From positions 17,439 through 81,438 of the forward strand of contig CAVSHS010000018.1 of assembly GCA_963727785.1 (NCBI GenBank): a stretch of DNA of 64,000 nt, read 5' to 3'. Below are positions 10,278-20,369 of this stretch, one piece after another (positions within the stretch are counted from its first letter, which is position 1; the number at the start of each line of letters is the position of its first letter). The DNA is from an uncultured Solirubrobacteraceae bacterium. Lineage in GTDB: Bacteria; Actinomycetota; Thermoleophilia; Solirubrobacterales; Solirubrobacteraceae. The notes under the pieces are model-generated. The model had not been told where the DNA came from and did no database searches. It saw only the letters and a list, made by a program, of their open reading frames with translations. The translations under genes were made by a program, and so were the position numbers.

Positions 10278-10828
10278 CGCGTTGCGAGGGCGCGCGATCG
10301 CGCTGCTCGCCGCTGCCGCGGTGAGCATCGGCGCATGTGGGGACGACGAAGGCGACACGGCGACGACGACCGCTGCGCCCGCCGCTGCGGCGACCGGGAC
10401 GAGCACGGGGCCGCCGACCGGGAAGACGAGCAGCCTCGACATCTCCACGGACCTGTCGACCAAGCCGGACGATCTCCAAGGCGTCCGGCGACCCGCCGAA
10501 GAAGCTCGTCGTGATGGACGTCGTCGACGGCAAGGGCCGCGCCGCGAAGGCGGGCGACAACCTCGTCGTCCACTACGTCGGCGTCCTCTACAAGACCGGC
10601 AAGCAGTTCGACGCGTCATGGGACGGCGGCCGGCCGTTTCCGTTCACGCTCGGCCAGGGCGCCGTCATCCCCGGCTGGGATCAGGGCCTCCAGGGCATGA
10701 AGGTCGGCGGCCGGCGGCTGCTGATCATCCCGCCCGACCTCGCCTACGGCGCCCAGGGCCAGGGCTCGATCGGCCCGAACGAGACGCTCGTCTTCGTCGT
10801 CGACCTGCTGAACGACACGCCGGCGTAG
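10270..10828 (+). CDS. FKBP-type peptidyl-prolyl isomerase lipoprotein (paralog of the preceding gene), apparent +1 frameshift at 10471
   Basis: Lipoprotein signal ...AAAVSIGAC, then LDISTDLSTKPD. It continues in the +1 frame as ISKASGDPPKKLVVMDVVDGKG...HYVGVLYKTGKQFDASWD..., parallel to FKBP1. Span is 559 nt (3n+1). Confidence 0.8.
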
Positions 10829-10844
10829 GACCGACTCCTACGCC
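10822..10844. terminator. perfect 9-bp hairpin GGCGTAGGA-ccgac-TCCTACGCC shared by two convergent genes
   Basis: Seen directly. The arms include the stop codons of the + gene (TAG 10826-10828) and the - gene (10838-10840). No U tract. Confidence 0.45.
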
Positions 10845-11233
10845 GCGCCCCACTCGCCGCCGGTGCGCCCGAGCGTCATGCGATGCTCGGCGCCGTCGGC
10901 GGTCTCGACGTGGAAGATCGCCTGGTCGGCGTCGGTGCCGGGCCGGTCGAGCACCTGGACGAGCAGCGGCTCGCCGATCGCCGCGTCGCCGAAGCGGTCG
11001 GCGACGGCGGCACGGGCCGCGTCCGCGAGGACGTCGCGGTCCCAGCCCTTGTCGAGCGCGCGGGCCTGCGCGAACGCGCGCTCGGCCGCTTCCAGCTCGC
11101 GGCGCAGCCCGACCTCGCGCTGGCGCGCGCGCCGGGACGCGGCGACGTAGCCGCCCGCCGCCAGGACGACGATCACGACGAACACCACGAGCAGGACGAT
11201 GCCCAGGGCTGAGACGGCGATAGGACTCATCAT
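10838..11233 (-). CDS. membrane-anchored hypothetical protein (131 aa)
   Basis: N-terminal TM helix (IAVSALGIVLLVVFVVIVVLAAGGYV) followed by a soluble domain. Good coding bias. Confidence 0.7.
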   Translation of the reverse strand: MMSPIAVSALGIVLLVVFVVIVVLAAGGYVAASRRARQREVGLRRELEAAERAFAQARALDKGWDRDVLADAARAAVADRFGDAAIGEPLLVQVLDRPGTDADQAIFHVETADGAEHRMTLGRTGGEWGAA

Positions 11234-11286
11234 CGCGATGCTATCGGCCAGCCGGAGCTCAGTTCAGGACCGGGGCAGCCGGACGC

Positions 11287-11937
11287 TCAGTTCAAGACCG
11301 CGCGCTGCACGAGATGCAGGCCGACCTTGCGCTTGACGCGCTGCAGCGCGTTGTCGACGGTCTTCGCGTCGCAGGTCAGACGAGCCGCGATCTCCTCGTA
11401 GGGCCGGCCGTCGAGGTAGAGCGCCAGCACGCGCGACTCGAGCTCCGAGAGCGCCGTCGAGAGGCAGCCGACGAGCGAATGCAGCTCCTCGGAGGAGATG
11501 ACCTGGTTGACCGGGTCATGGACCGTCGAGCCGGGGATGACGTCCTCGAGCGTCGGCTCGCCGTCGCCGTTGGATCCCGCCGGCGTCGCCGAGAAGGAGA
11601 CGTACTGGTTCAGCGGCGAGTGCTTGTTGCGCGTCGCGGTCTTCACCGCGGTGATGATCTGGCGCGTGATGCAGAGCTCGGCGAAGTTGCGAAACGAGGA
11701 CTCGCGGTCCGAGCGGTAGTCGCGGACGGCCTTGTAGAGCCCGACGAGCCCCTCCTGGACGAGGTCGTCGGCGTCGCCGCCGGCGAGGAAGTACGAGGAG
11801 GCCTTCAGCCGCACGAAGCCGTAGTAGCGACGCACGATGCGGTCATAGGCATTGCGGTCGCCGCTCTTCGCCAGCGCGATGAGGAAGTAATCATCGACCT
11901 GGACTTGAGACTGAGCCTTCTGGGAGATACGGGCCAC
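11287..11937 (-). CDS. sigH: RNA polymerase sigma-H-type sigma factor (Bacillus SigH family)
   Basis: Track ORF trimmed to the GTG at 11937, preceded by GGAAAGGA. Near-identical blocks to B. subtilis SigH as I recall it: FAELCITRQIITAVKTATRNKH, LYLDGRPYEEIA, VDNALQRVKRK. Sits after cysS-rlmB as in Bacillus. Confidence 0.85.
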   Translation of the reverse strand: MARISQKAQSQVQVDDYFLIALAKSGDRNAYDRIVRRYYGFVRLKASSYFLAGGDADDLVQEGLVGLYKAVRDYRSDRESSFRNFAELCITRQIITAVKTATRNKHSPLNQYVSFSATPAGSNGDGEPTLEDVIPGSTVHDPVNQVISSEELHSLVGCLSTALSELESRVLALYLDGRPYEEIAARLTCDAKTVDNALQRVKRKVGLHLVQRAVLN

Positions 11938-12082
11938 GAGCAGTCCTTTCCCGGCTTTTCTCAAGCCGGATGTGCTCAGCGGCGGTCCCCTCCCAGGGCG
12001 CCATCTGCATATGAAGTTTCCGATGCTGTACCTCAGGTTCACCCTGAAGTAGGGTCACAGTAGCCCTGGTTATGGAGCCCTG

Positions 12083-12778
12083 TCAAGCGGAGCGGCGGCG
12101 CTGCAAGATTCCGTACAGCAGCACGGCGGCCGCGGCGCTGGCGTTCAGCGACTCGATGCGGCCTCGCAGCGGCAGCGCCACGAGCACGTCACAGGACTTC
12201 GCCACGCGCGGTCGCAGTCCTGTTCCCTCGGCGCCCATGACGAGCACGACGCCGCCGCTGTAGTCCGGCGCGTCGTAGGCCGTCGTCGCCGCCGCGTCGG
12301 CGCCGTAGCACCACGCGCCGGCGTCCTTCGCAGCGGCGAGGAAGTCCGCCATGTTGCGCACGCGGGCGATGCGCAGGTGCTCGACGGCGCCCGCCGACGC
12401 CTTCGCGACGGCCGGCGTGACGCGCCGCCGCACGGCGCTCGCAGATGACGAGGCCGGTCGCGCCCGCGCACTCGGCGCTGCGCGCGATCGCACCGAGGTT
12501 CTGGGGATCCTGCAGCTCGTCGAGCGCGACGATGAACGGCTCCGCGACGGCCAGCAGCTCCTGCGCCGAGACGTACGGATAGCCGCCGGCGTCGGCGCAG
12601 ACGCCCTGGTGGTCGGGCGACCCGCTGCGGCTCTCGATCTCCTCGGCGCTCGCGATCCGCGCGCCCGCGGAGCGCAGCCACGGCTCGCGCGCCGCGGTGC
12701 GCTCGGTCGCCCAGACCTGCACGATCTGCCGCCGCCCCGCCCGCAGCGCCTCGCGCACGGGGTTGCGGCCGTAGAGGA

Positions 12779-12782
<4 letters not shown>
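12083..12782 (-). CDS. rlmB: 23S rRNA (guanosine-2'-O)-methyltransferase RlmB (SpoU/TrmH family), apparent +1 frameshift about 12421-12433
   Basis: The GTG at 12782 overlaps the cysS stop (GTGA). N-part ...DELQDPQNLGAIARSAECAGATGLVICERRAA continues in the next frame as VTPAVAKASAGAVEHL...GAEGTGLR...LPLRGRIESLNASAAAAVLLY. Span is 700 nt (3n+1). Confidence 0.85.
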
Positions 12783-14135
<1,353 letters not shown>

Positions 14136-14247
14136 CTGAATCGCCGTGACCCTATCGAGCGAAATTCGCTCAAGCTCCCTCATAACTGTCCGATCCCGTT
14201 CATGTGACCAGTGCCGCCATCCCCTCCAGCGGGTAAGTTGGAGAACG

Positions 14248-15495
14248 ATGGCTGTTCCAGCCCCCCATGCCGCGCGGCTCGCAGCGGTAGAGGCTGGGTT
14301 TCGCTCGCTTCCCGAGCGCTACCTCGGCGCCGCGCCGGGATTCGACGCGACCTGGCGGATCGTGCTCGGCGACGTCGGCCACACCTGGGAGGTGCGCTGC
14401 ACGAAGCACGGCGCCCGGGCCCGCAAGGGCGCGACGAGCCGCGAGCCGGACGTCGTCATCGGAACCGACGCCGACACGTGGATGGCGCTGCGCCGCGGCG
14501 AGCTCTCGGGCATCGAGGCGTTCGGCCAGCGGCGGCTCTACGCGCGCGGCAACCTCGATCTCGCGATCGCCTTCGAGGGCCTGTTCCGCCTGGAGAACGG
14601 GCGCAAGCCGCTGCTGCGCATCCACGACGTGCGCCTGCCCGGCCGCCGCGTCTCGACGCTGACGATGGGCTCCGGCCCGGACGTCCTGCTGATCCACGGC
14701 CTCGGCGGGGCGAAGAGCTCGTTCTTCGACACCGCCGCCACGCTCTCGCACAACTATCGCGTCCACGCGCTGGACCTGCCCGGCTTCGGCTCCTCCTCCA
14801 AGCCCGCGACCGCGCCGTACACCGCGCGCTGGTTCGCCGACACGGTCTGCGACACGATGGACGCGCTGGGCATCTCCCGCGCGCACGTCGCCGGCAACTC
14901 GATGGGCGGCCGGGTCGCGATCGAGCTCGGCCTGCGCCAGCCCGAGCGCGTCGGCGGCCTCGTGCTGCTGTGCCCGGCGGTCGCGTTCGTCAAGCGCACG
15001 TACCACCCGATCGTGCGGGCCCTGCGGCCGGAGCTCGGGCTGCTGCCCCACCACTTCAGCCGCGACAAGGTCACCGAGCACTTCTGGTCGCTGTTCGCCG
15101 ACCCCGACGCGATCGACCCGAGCGTGGCCGACGTCGTCGTCGACGAGTTCCAGCGCATCTACGCGAGCCCGGGCGCGCGGATCGCGTTCCTCTCCGCCGC
15201 GCGCAACATCTACCTCGACGCGCCGTACGGGCGCAACGGCTTCTATGGCCGCCTGTCGCAGCTCGAGGCGCCGGCGCTGTTCGTCTGGGGCTCGCACGAC
15301 CGCGTGATCCCGCCGGCGTTCGCCCAGCACGTCGAGCGCTGGCTGCCGTCGGCCGAGCAGATCGTCCTCGACGGCTGCGGCCACGTGCCGCAGGTCGAGC
15401 GCGCGGCGCAGACGACCGGGCTGCTCGAGCGCTTCTTCGCGCGCGTCGACGCGCTCGGACCGCTGCGCGTCGTCGGCGCCGAGAGGGCCGCGTAG
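14248..15495 (+). CDS. SCP2-like N-domain fused to an alpha/beta-hydrolase
   Basis: ATG at 14248 after GGAGAA. N-part DADTWMALRRGELSGIEAFGQRRLYARGNLDLAIAFEGLF is SCP2-like. Hydrolase motifs HGLGG and the nucleophile elbow GNSMGG. Confidence 0.85.
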   Translation: MAVPAPHAARLAAVEAGFRSLPERYLGAAPGFDATWRIVLGDVGHTWEVRCTKHGARARKGATSREPDVVIGTDADTWMALRRGELSGIEAFGQRRLYARGNLDLAIAFEGLFRLENGRKPLLRIHDVRLPGRRVSTLTMGSGPDVLLIHGLGGAKSSFFDTAATLSHNYRVHALDLPGFGSSSKPATAPYTARWFADTVCDTMDALGISRAHVAGNSMGGRVAIELGLRQPERVGGLVLLCPAVAFVKRTYHPIVRALRPELGLLPHHFSRDKVTEHFWSLFADPDAIDPSVADVVVDEFQRIYASPGARIAFLSAARNIYLDAPYGRNGFYGRLSQLEAPALFVWGSHDRVIPPAFAQHVERWLPSAEQIVLDGCGHVPQVERAAQTTGLLERFFARVDALGPLRVVGAERAA

Positions 15496-15506
15496 ACTCG
15501 GAAGGG

Positions 15507-16472
15507 ATGGCAACGCAGACGGCGAGCGCAGGATCGCGCAACGGCCACTCGGCGAACGGCAACCTCTTCGCCGATGCGGACGACCCGCACGAGGAGCAGG
15601 AGCGAGGGTCGCAGGCCGCCGGGAACCCGATCCAGCGGCTCCTGGGGGCGCTGACCGGGGCGGTGCGGACACGCGTCCCGGTCGCCGACCTCGACGAGCG
15701 CGACCCGGACTTCATCCGCGAGAGCCTGCCCGGGCAGTGGCTGCTGGCGAGCCTCTGGTTCCGCGGCGAGGTGCGCGGCCTGGGCAACGTCCCCGAGGAC
15801 GGCCCGGTGCTGCTCGTCGGCAACCACTCCGGCGGCAACCTGTCGCCCGACACGCTCGTCTTCACGCTCGCCTTCAGCACGTATTTCGGCGTCGAGCGGC
15901 GCTTCTACCAGCTCGCCCACAACCTCGTGCTGTCGATGCCCGGCCTCGGCTTCCTGCGCAAGTACGGCACCGTCGCCGCCTCGCCGGAGAACGCCGAGCG
16001 CGCGCTCTCCTCCGGCGCGGCGCTGCTCGTCTACCCGGGCGGCGACCACGAGGTCCACCGGCCGACCTGGGAGGGCAACACGGTGAACTTCGACGGCCGG
16101 CGCGGCTTCGTGCGCCTCGCGCTCGAGCACGACGTCCCGATCGTGCCGGTCGTCTCGATCGGCGGCCAGGAGACGGCGCTCTTCCTCAGCCGCGGCGAGG
16201 GCCTCGCGAAGCTGCTGATGCTCGACAAGCTCCTGCGGCTGAAGGTGCTGCCGATCTCGATCGCCGCGCCGTGGGGCCTGAACGTCGGCGACCTGTTCGG
16301 CCACATCCCGCTGCCGGCGAAGATCACCGTCGAGGTGCTGCCGGCGATCCACCTGCGCGAGCAGTTCGGCCCCGAACCCGACGTCGACGAGGTCTACGAC
16401 CACGTCACCGCCACGATGCAGGAAACGCTCGACGCGCTGGCCTCCGAACGGCGGCTGCCGATCCTGGGATGA
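15507..16472 (+). CDS. lysophospholipid/glycerol-phosphate acyltransferase family protein (PlsC-like)
   Basis: ATG at 15507. Text VLLVGNHSGGNLSPD..., LLVYPGGDHE and FVRLALEHDVPIVPV fits the PlsC-type acyltransferase fold. Confidence 0.8.
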   Translation: MATQTASAGSRNGHSANGNLFADADDPHEEQERGSQAAGNPIQRLLGALTGAVRTRVPVADLDERDPDFIRESLPGQWLLASLWFRGEVRGLGNVPEDGPVLLVGNHSGGNLSPDTLVFTLAFSTYFGVERRFYQLAHNLVLSMPGLGFLRKYGTVAASPENAERALSSGAALLVYPGGDHEVHRPTWEGNTVNFDGRRGFVRLALEHDVPIVPVVSIGGQETALFLSRGEGLAKLLMLDKLLRLKVLPISIAAPWGLNVGDLFGHIPLPAKITVEVLPAIHLREQFGPEPDVDEVYDHVTATMQETLDALASERRLPILG

Positions 16473-16960
16473 GGGTCCAGGCGGGCATCGACATCGCCGC
16501 GCCGCCGCAGCTCGTCTGGGGCTTCGTCACGGACCCGACGCGCTACCTGCACTTCATGAACGGCATCACGCGCTGGGAGGTCGCCTCCGAGCAGGTGAGC
16601 GGCTGCGGCGCGCGCTACCGCACGCTCATGCGGGTCGGCTCGGCCGAGGTCGGCGGGCTCATCGAGATCGTCGAGCACGAGGAGCCGCGCGACCTGGCCT
16701 GGACGTCGGTGACCGGGATCGACCAGCGCGGGCGCTGGCGCCTGCGCGAGCGCGCCGGCGGCGCCCGCACGCGCGTCGAGCTGCGCATGCAGTACGGCGT
16801 CGCGGGCGCCGGCATCGTCGGCTGGATCGCCGAGCACGTCGCGGCGCCGACCGTGCGTGAGAACCTGCGCCGCTCGCTGCGCGAGCTCAAGCGCCAGGCT
16901 GAGCACGAGCAGGCGCGAGCGGCGGTGGCGGCGCGGCGCGCCGCCGCGGCGGCGCGCTAG
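16469..16960 (+). CDS. SRPBCC (START/polyketide-cyclase-like) family protein
   Basis: The ATG overlaps the upstream stop (ATGA). Text IDIAAPPQLVWGFVTDPTRYLHFMNGITRWEV is typical of the SRPBCC ligand-binding fold. Confidence 0.8.
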   Translation: MRVQAGIDIAAPPQLVWGFVTDPTRYLHFMNGITRWEVASEQVSGCGARYRTLMRVGSAEVGGLIEIVEHEEPRDLAWTSVTGIDQRGRWRLRERAGGARTRVELRMQYGVAGAGIVGWIAEHVAAPTVRENLRRSLRELKRQAEHEQARAAVAARRAAAAAR

Positions 16961-17050
16961 GCGGTCCATCCCCGCGACCTGTCTTCGCCGGGCCGGCTGT
17001 CCATCGTGAATGCCGTGCGGCACGGTGCGGTCGCGTGCAGGGGCTGCGAC

Positions 17051-17357
17051 GGGCGCCGGCGTGGGCGAACAGCATCGATGAAGGAGGGGTGAGCGAGGCG
17101 CTTGAGGCGTGCCTTTGGACCCTGCGCTCGGGCGAGCGCGGCGGGAATGTGTTCGTGCGGAACACATCCGCGCCACGCTCCGCGCCGTAAGGGCTCAACG
17201 CCGCAGAGCGGTCGGGGGTTGCCCTGAAACGTCCATCCGCCGGACGCAAGCGTCGAAGCCCCAGGGGGCTCATCGAGCAGACGCCGCGCCTGCGCCGCGC
17301 GCCACGAGGACGAGGCCCTCACTCCTTCATCGATGTCTTTCACAAGCGCCGGTGGTG
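17051..17357. repeat. long imperfect inverted repeat with a perfect 14-bp core (CATCGATGAAGGAG at 17073-17086, CTCCTTCATCGATG at 17322-17335) flanking about 235 bp of non-coding sequence
   Basis: Seen directly in the 450-bp gap between two convergent genes. Pairing extends imperfectly outward and inward from the core. An inner hairpin GGAATGTGTTC-gtgcg-GAACACATCC lies at about 17144-17170. No convincing ORF. Confidence 0.6.
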
Positions 17358-17412
17358 ACACAAGGCCGCGAATCAACCAACCATCTGACAGCGCCACCGA
17401 CCCCCCGCGCGA

Positions 17413-17940
17413 TCACCCGGCACCGCGCTGCAGCGTCACCACCGCGAGCGCCGCCACCCCCTCCAGGCGCCCGACGAAGCCCATCCCCTCCCCCGTCGAC
17501 GCCTTCACGTTGACGCTCGCCACCTCCAGCCCGAGCGCGTCGGCGAGGCGGGCGCGGATCGCGCCGCGGTAGGGCCCGACCTTCGGGCGCTCCATGAGCA
17601 CCGTCGTGTCGACGTGCACGATCGCCAGGTCGTGCTCGTGCAGCGTCGCCACCACCGAGCGCAGCAGCTCGATCGAGTCGGCGCCGTCGTAGGCGCCGTC
17701 GGTGTCGGGGAAGTGCACGCCGATGTCGTCCAGGCCGGCGGCGCCGAGCAGCGCGTCCATCACCGCGTGCGTGAGGACGTCCGCGTCGGAGTGGCCGTCG
17801 AGCCCCAGCTCGGCCCCGGCGAACTCGACGCCGCCGAGGATCAGCGGGCGGCCGGCCTTGAGGCGATGGGAGTCCCAGCCCAGCCCGGTCCGCACGCCGG
17901 CGGCGCCGCCGGCGCCCGCGCCCGCGCCCGCGGCGCTCAT
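17413..17940 (-). CDS. ispF: 2-C-methyl-D-erythritol 2,4-cyclodiphosphate synthase
   Basis: Text GLGWDSHRL...GHSDADVLTHAVMDALLGAAGLDDIGVHFPDTD...KASTGEGMGFVGR is diagnostic for IspF. The Ala/Gly-rich first 15 aa may be upstream of the true start. Confidence 0.9.
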   Translation of the reverse strand: MSAAGAGAGAGGAAGVRTGLGWDSHRLKAGRPLILGGVEFAGAELGLDGHSDADVLTHAVMDALLGAAGLDDIGVHFPDTDGAYDGADSIELLRSVVATLHEHDLAIVHVDTTVLMERPKVGPYRGAIRARLADALGLEVASVNVKASTGEGMGFVGRLEGVAALAVVTLQRGAG

Positions 17941-18767
17941 CCGATCGGTTCCAGCCGCCGCTCGCGCCGCTCGAAGACCGCCAGCTCACGCACGCCCACC
18001 GCGTCCAGCAGCTCGAGCGCGCGCTCGTAGTCGCGCCCGACGTCGCCGGGCACGTGCGCATCGCTCGACAGCGCCACCGCGCAGCCCGCGTCGACGCACA
18101 TCTCGAGGAACGCGCGCGCCGGGTACAGCTCGCCGACCGGCTTGCGCAGCCCCGCCGTCGAGACCTCGATCGCGATGCCGGACTCCACGATGCCGTCCAT
18201 CGCCAGCTCGTAGAAGCGGCGCAGGTCGCCCTCCGGCACCGGCCTGCGCGAGCCCCAGATCTTGACGAGGTCGGGATGGGCGAGGATGTCGAACATGCCC
18301 GTGCGCGCCGCCTCGCCGAGCGTGCTGAAGTAGCGCCGCCACAGCTCGTCGGGGCGCTGCGAGCGGTGATCCCAGACCTCGTAGCCGTCGTGGTCGACGC
18401 CGTGCTCGCCGACGAAGTGCACCGAGCCGACGACGAAGTCCCAGTCGTGGGCGTCGAGCAGCGTCGCCATCCGGTCCTCGCGGCCGGCGATGAAGTCCGC
18501 CTCGATGCCGAGCTTGAGGTCGGTCTGCTCGCGCACGAAGCCCGCATAGACGTCGATGTCGTCGGTCGCGTTCTGGCGCCAGAACTCGTGCTGCCAGACG
18601 TCGAGCGCCTGGGCGAAGCGGTAGACGTGCTCCGAGCAGCCCAGCTCGGCGATCCCGCGCTCCTCGGCGACGGTGCGGTAGCGGTCGACGTTCGCGCCGG
18701 TGAAGTACTCGGCGGCCTCGGCTCCCCGCGAGTCGGGCCGCAGGTGCAGGTGATAGTCGGTCAGCAT
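17937..18767 (-). CDS. PHP-family histidinol-phosphatase-like metal-dependent phosphoesterase
   Basis: Trimmed to the ATG at 18767 (MLTDYHLHL...). PHP motifs HLHLRPDS, GCSEHVY, GSVHF, ILAHPDL and SSDAH. The stop overlaps the ispF start. Confidence 0.85.
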   Translation of the reverse strand: MLTDYHLHLRPDSRGAEAAEYFTGANVDRYRTVAEERGIAELGCSEHVYRFAQALDVWQHEFWRQNATDDIDVYAGFVREQTDLKLGIEADFIAGREDRMATLLDAHDWDFVVGSVHFVGEHGVDHDGYEVWDHRSQRPDELWRRYFSTLGEAARTGMFDILAHPDLVKIWGSRRPVPEGDLRRFYELAMDGIVESGIAIEVSTAGLRKPVGELYPARAFLEMCVDAGCAVALSSDAHVPGDVGRDYERALELLDAVGVRELAVFERRERRLEPIG

Positions 18768-18778
18768 CGGCGGCCGCG

Positions 18779-19672
18779 CTAGGACCGCGCCGACCACGTC
18801 CGCGTCCCGGTCGTGCACGCATCCACGCGCCTGCCGGTCTTGCGGTCCGTGTAGCGCTGGGTGACCGCGAGCTTGCCCGCGGCGCCCCCCGCCTGGTCGA
18901 ACTGACCGCTCACGACGACCGTCGTCCTCAGGCGCACATCCGCGAACGTGCGATTGAAGCGCTCGACGGTGCGAAACGAGCCGTCGGCGCCGACGTCGAA
19001 TTCCGGTGAGAAGTTCACGTCGTCGGACACGACGACGCGGCGGCGCTCACAGGTGACGCGGTAGCCCATCACGAGCCGGTCGATCGACCGCCCGCCGCTC
19101 GTCGCGTGCAGGACGAGCGCGCGCTTGGCGCGCGCGCCGGTCTGCGACGTCAGCCCGTACAGGGTCGACTCAGCAGGGGCGGGCGCGGGCGCCCCGGGCG
19201 GCCCGGCGCCGCGCACCGCCCAGCTGACCGTGCGGCTCTTGCAGGTCCGGGTCGCGCGGCGCTTGGCACGAACGCGCACGGTCACGCTCGCCGTGCCGTA
19301 CCCGGCGTCGGCGGTGAGCGCGCCCTTGACGACGAACGTCGTCGTCTCGGTGACGCCGACGAGCGGCCTGCGCGTCGACGTGCCGCGCAGGGTGAAGCTG
19401 CCGTCGGCCGCAAGCTTCGCGTCGCCCGCGATCGTCCCCGGGGCGCAGCTCGCGGCGAGCTGGCCGTCGACCCCGATCCGCCCGCCGGAGCGCGCGCGGA
19501 TCGCGAGCAGCATGTCCTTGGCGATCGTCTTCTCGCTGACGGGCACCGCGATCGCGCCGCCGCCGTAGTTGCCGGCGGGCGGCGCCTCGGACTGCGCGTA
19601 GGCGACGCCGGCCGTCGCCGCGGTGCAGATGGATGCGACGGCGATCGCGCGCCGGGAGCGGGGACCGATCAT
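18779..19672 (-). CDS. secreted hypothetical protein (297 aa)
   Basis: Signal peptide MIGPRSRRAIAVASICTAATAGVAYAQS. Beta-rich Thr/Val/Arg text with no recognisable motif. Sits between the PHP gene and ispD. Confidence 0.7.
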   Translation of the reverse strand: MIGPRSRRAIAVASICTAATAGVAYAQSEAPPAGNYGGGAIAVPVSEKTIAKDMLLAIRARSGGRIGVDGQLAASCAPGTIAGDAKLAADGSFTLRGTSTRRPLVGVTETTTFVVKGALTADAGYGTASVTVRVRAKRRATRTCKSRTVSWAVRGAGPPGAPAPAPAESTLYGLTSQTGARAKRALVLHATSGGRSIDRLVMGYRVTCERRRVVVSDDVNFSPEFDVGADGSFRTVERFNRTFADVRLRTTVVVSGQFDQAGGAAGKLAVTQRYTDRKTGRRVDACTTGTRTWSARS

Positions 19673-19714
19673 GCGCGGCGGATGCTAGTTGGCGGCGGCG
19701 AAGGTCGCGCCGAG

Positions 19715-20369
19715 CTAGACATCGGCGCGCTCGCGCAGCGCCAGCTCGGCGACGTGCAGGTCGCCGGGCGTCGTGACCTTCAGGTTCTCGGGCGGCGACG
19801 CGACGACGCGCACCGTCCCGCCCGCGCGCTCGACGAGCCAGGCGTCGTCGGTCGCGGCGGCGAGCACGTCGTCGGGCGCGCTCAGCGCCCGCTCCAGCGC
19901 GGCGCGGCGAAAGACCTGCGGCGTCTGCACCGCCCACAGCGACGCGCGCGCGAGCGTGCGCACCACGACCCCGCCGGCGACCTCCTTGATCGTGTCGTTG
20001 ACCGGCGCGGCGGCGATCACCGCGTCGCAGCCGTGCAGCGCCGAGCTCGTCGAGCGCGGCCTGCACGATCTGCGCCGTCAGCAGCGGCCGCGCGGCGTCG
20101 TGGACGATGACCGGGTCGCCCGCGGCGGCGTTCAGCGCCGCGCGCACCGACTGCGAGCGGTGCTCGCCGCCCTGCACGCCGATCGTGCCCGCGGGCGCGT
20201 CCCAGCCCGGCGGCAGCGCGACGACGATCGCATCGACCGCGTCGACGGCGCGCAGCGCCTCGATGCTCCATTCGAGCATCGGACGTCCCCCCAACGTGAC
20301 GAACGCCTTGGGTTCCCCGAACCCAAGGCGTTCTCCACGACCCGCAGCGACGAGGAGCGCGAGCGCTAC
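19715..20369 (-). CDS. ispD: 2-C-methyl-D-erythritol 4-phosphate cytidylyltransferase; apparent +1 frameshift about 20040-20042; no canonical start codon upstream of the Gly-loop
   Basis: N-part VALALLVAAGRGERLGFGEPKAFVTLGGRPMLEWSIEAL...VIVHDAARPL joins the C-part ...CDAVIAAAPVNDTIKEV...WAVQTPQVFR. The first in-frame ATG/GTG/TTG is at 20294, after the essential AAGRGERLG loop. 5' end is uncertain. Confidence 0.75.
20301..20333 (-). promoter_or_regulatory. perfect 15-bp stem / 3-nt loop hairpin GAACGCCTTGGGTTC-ggg-GAACCCAAGGCGTTC just downstream of the carD stop, inside the ispD 5' coding region
   Basis: Seen directly. Arms are 20301-20315 and 20319-20333. It encodes ERLGFGEPKAF of IspD. Confidence 0.6.

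Noticed and set aside
16957-17397. The 146-aa ORF on the - strand, and the 134-aa ORF at 17109-17513, as genes filling the convergent gap.
   Set aside because: Composition is Arg/Pro/Ala-rich with no coding periodicity. They overlap the inverted-repeat element and the ispF 3' end.
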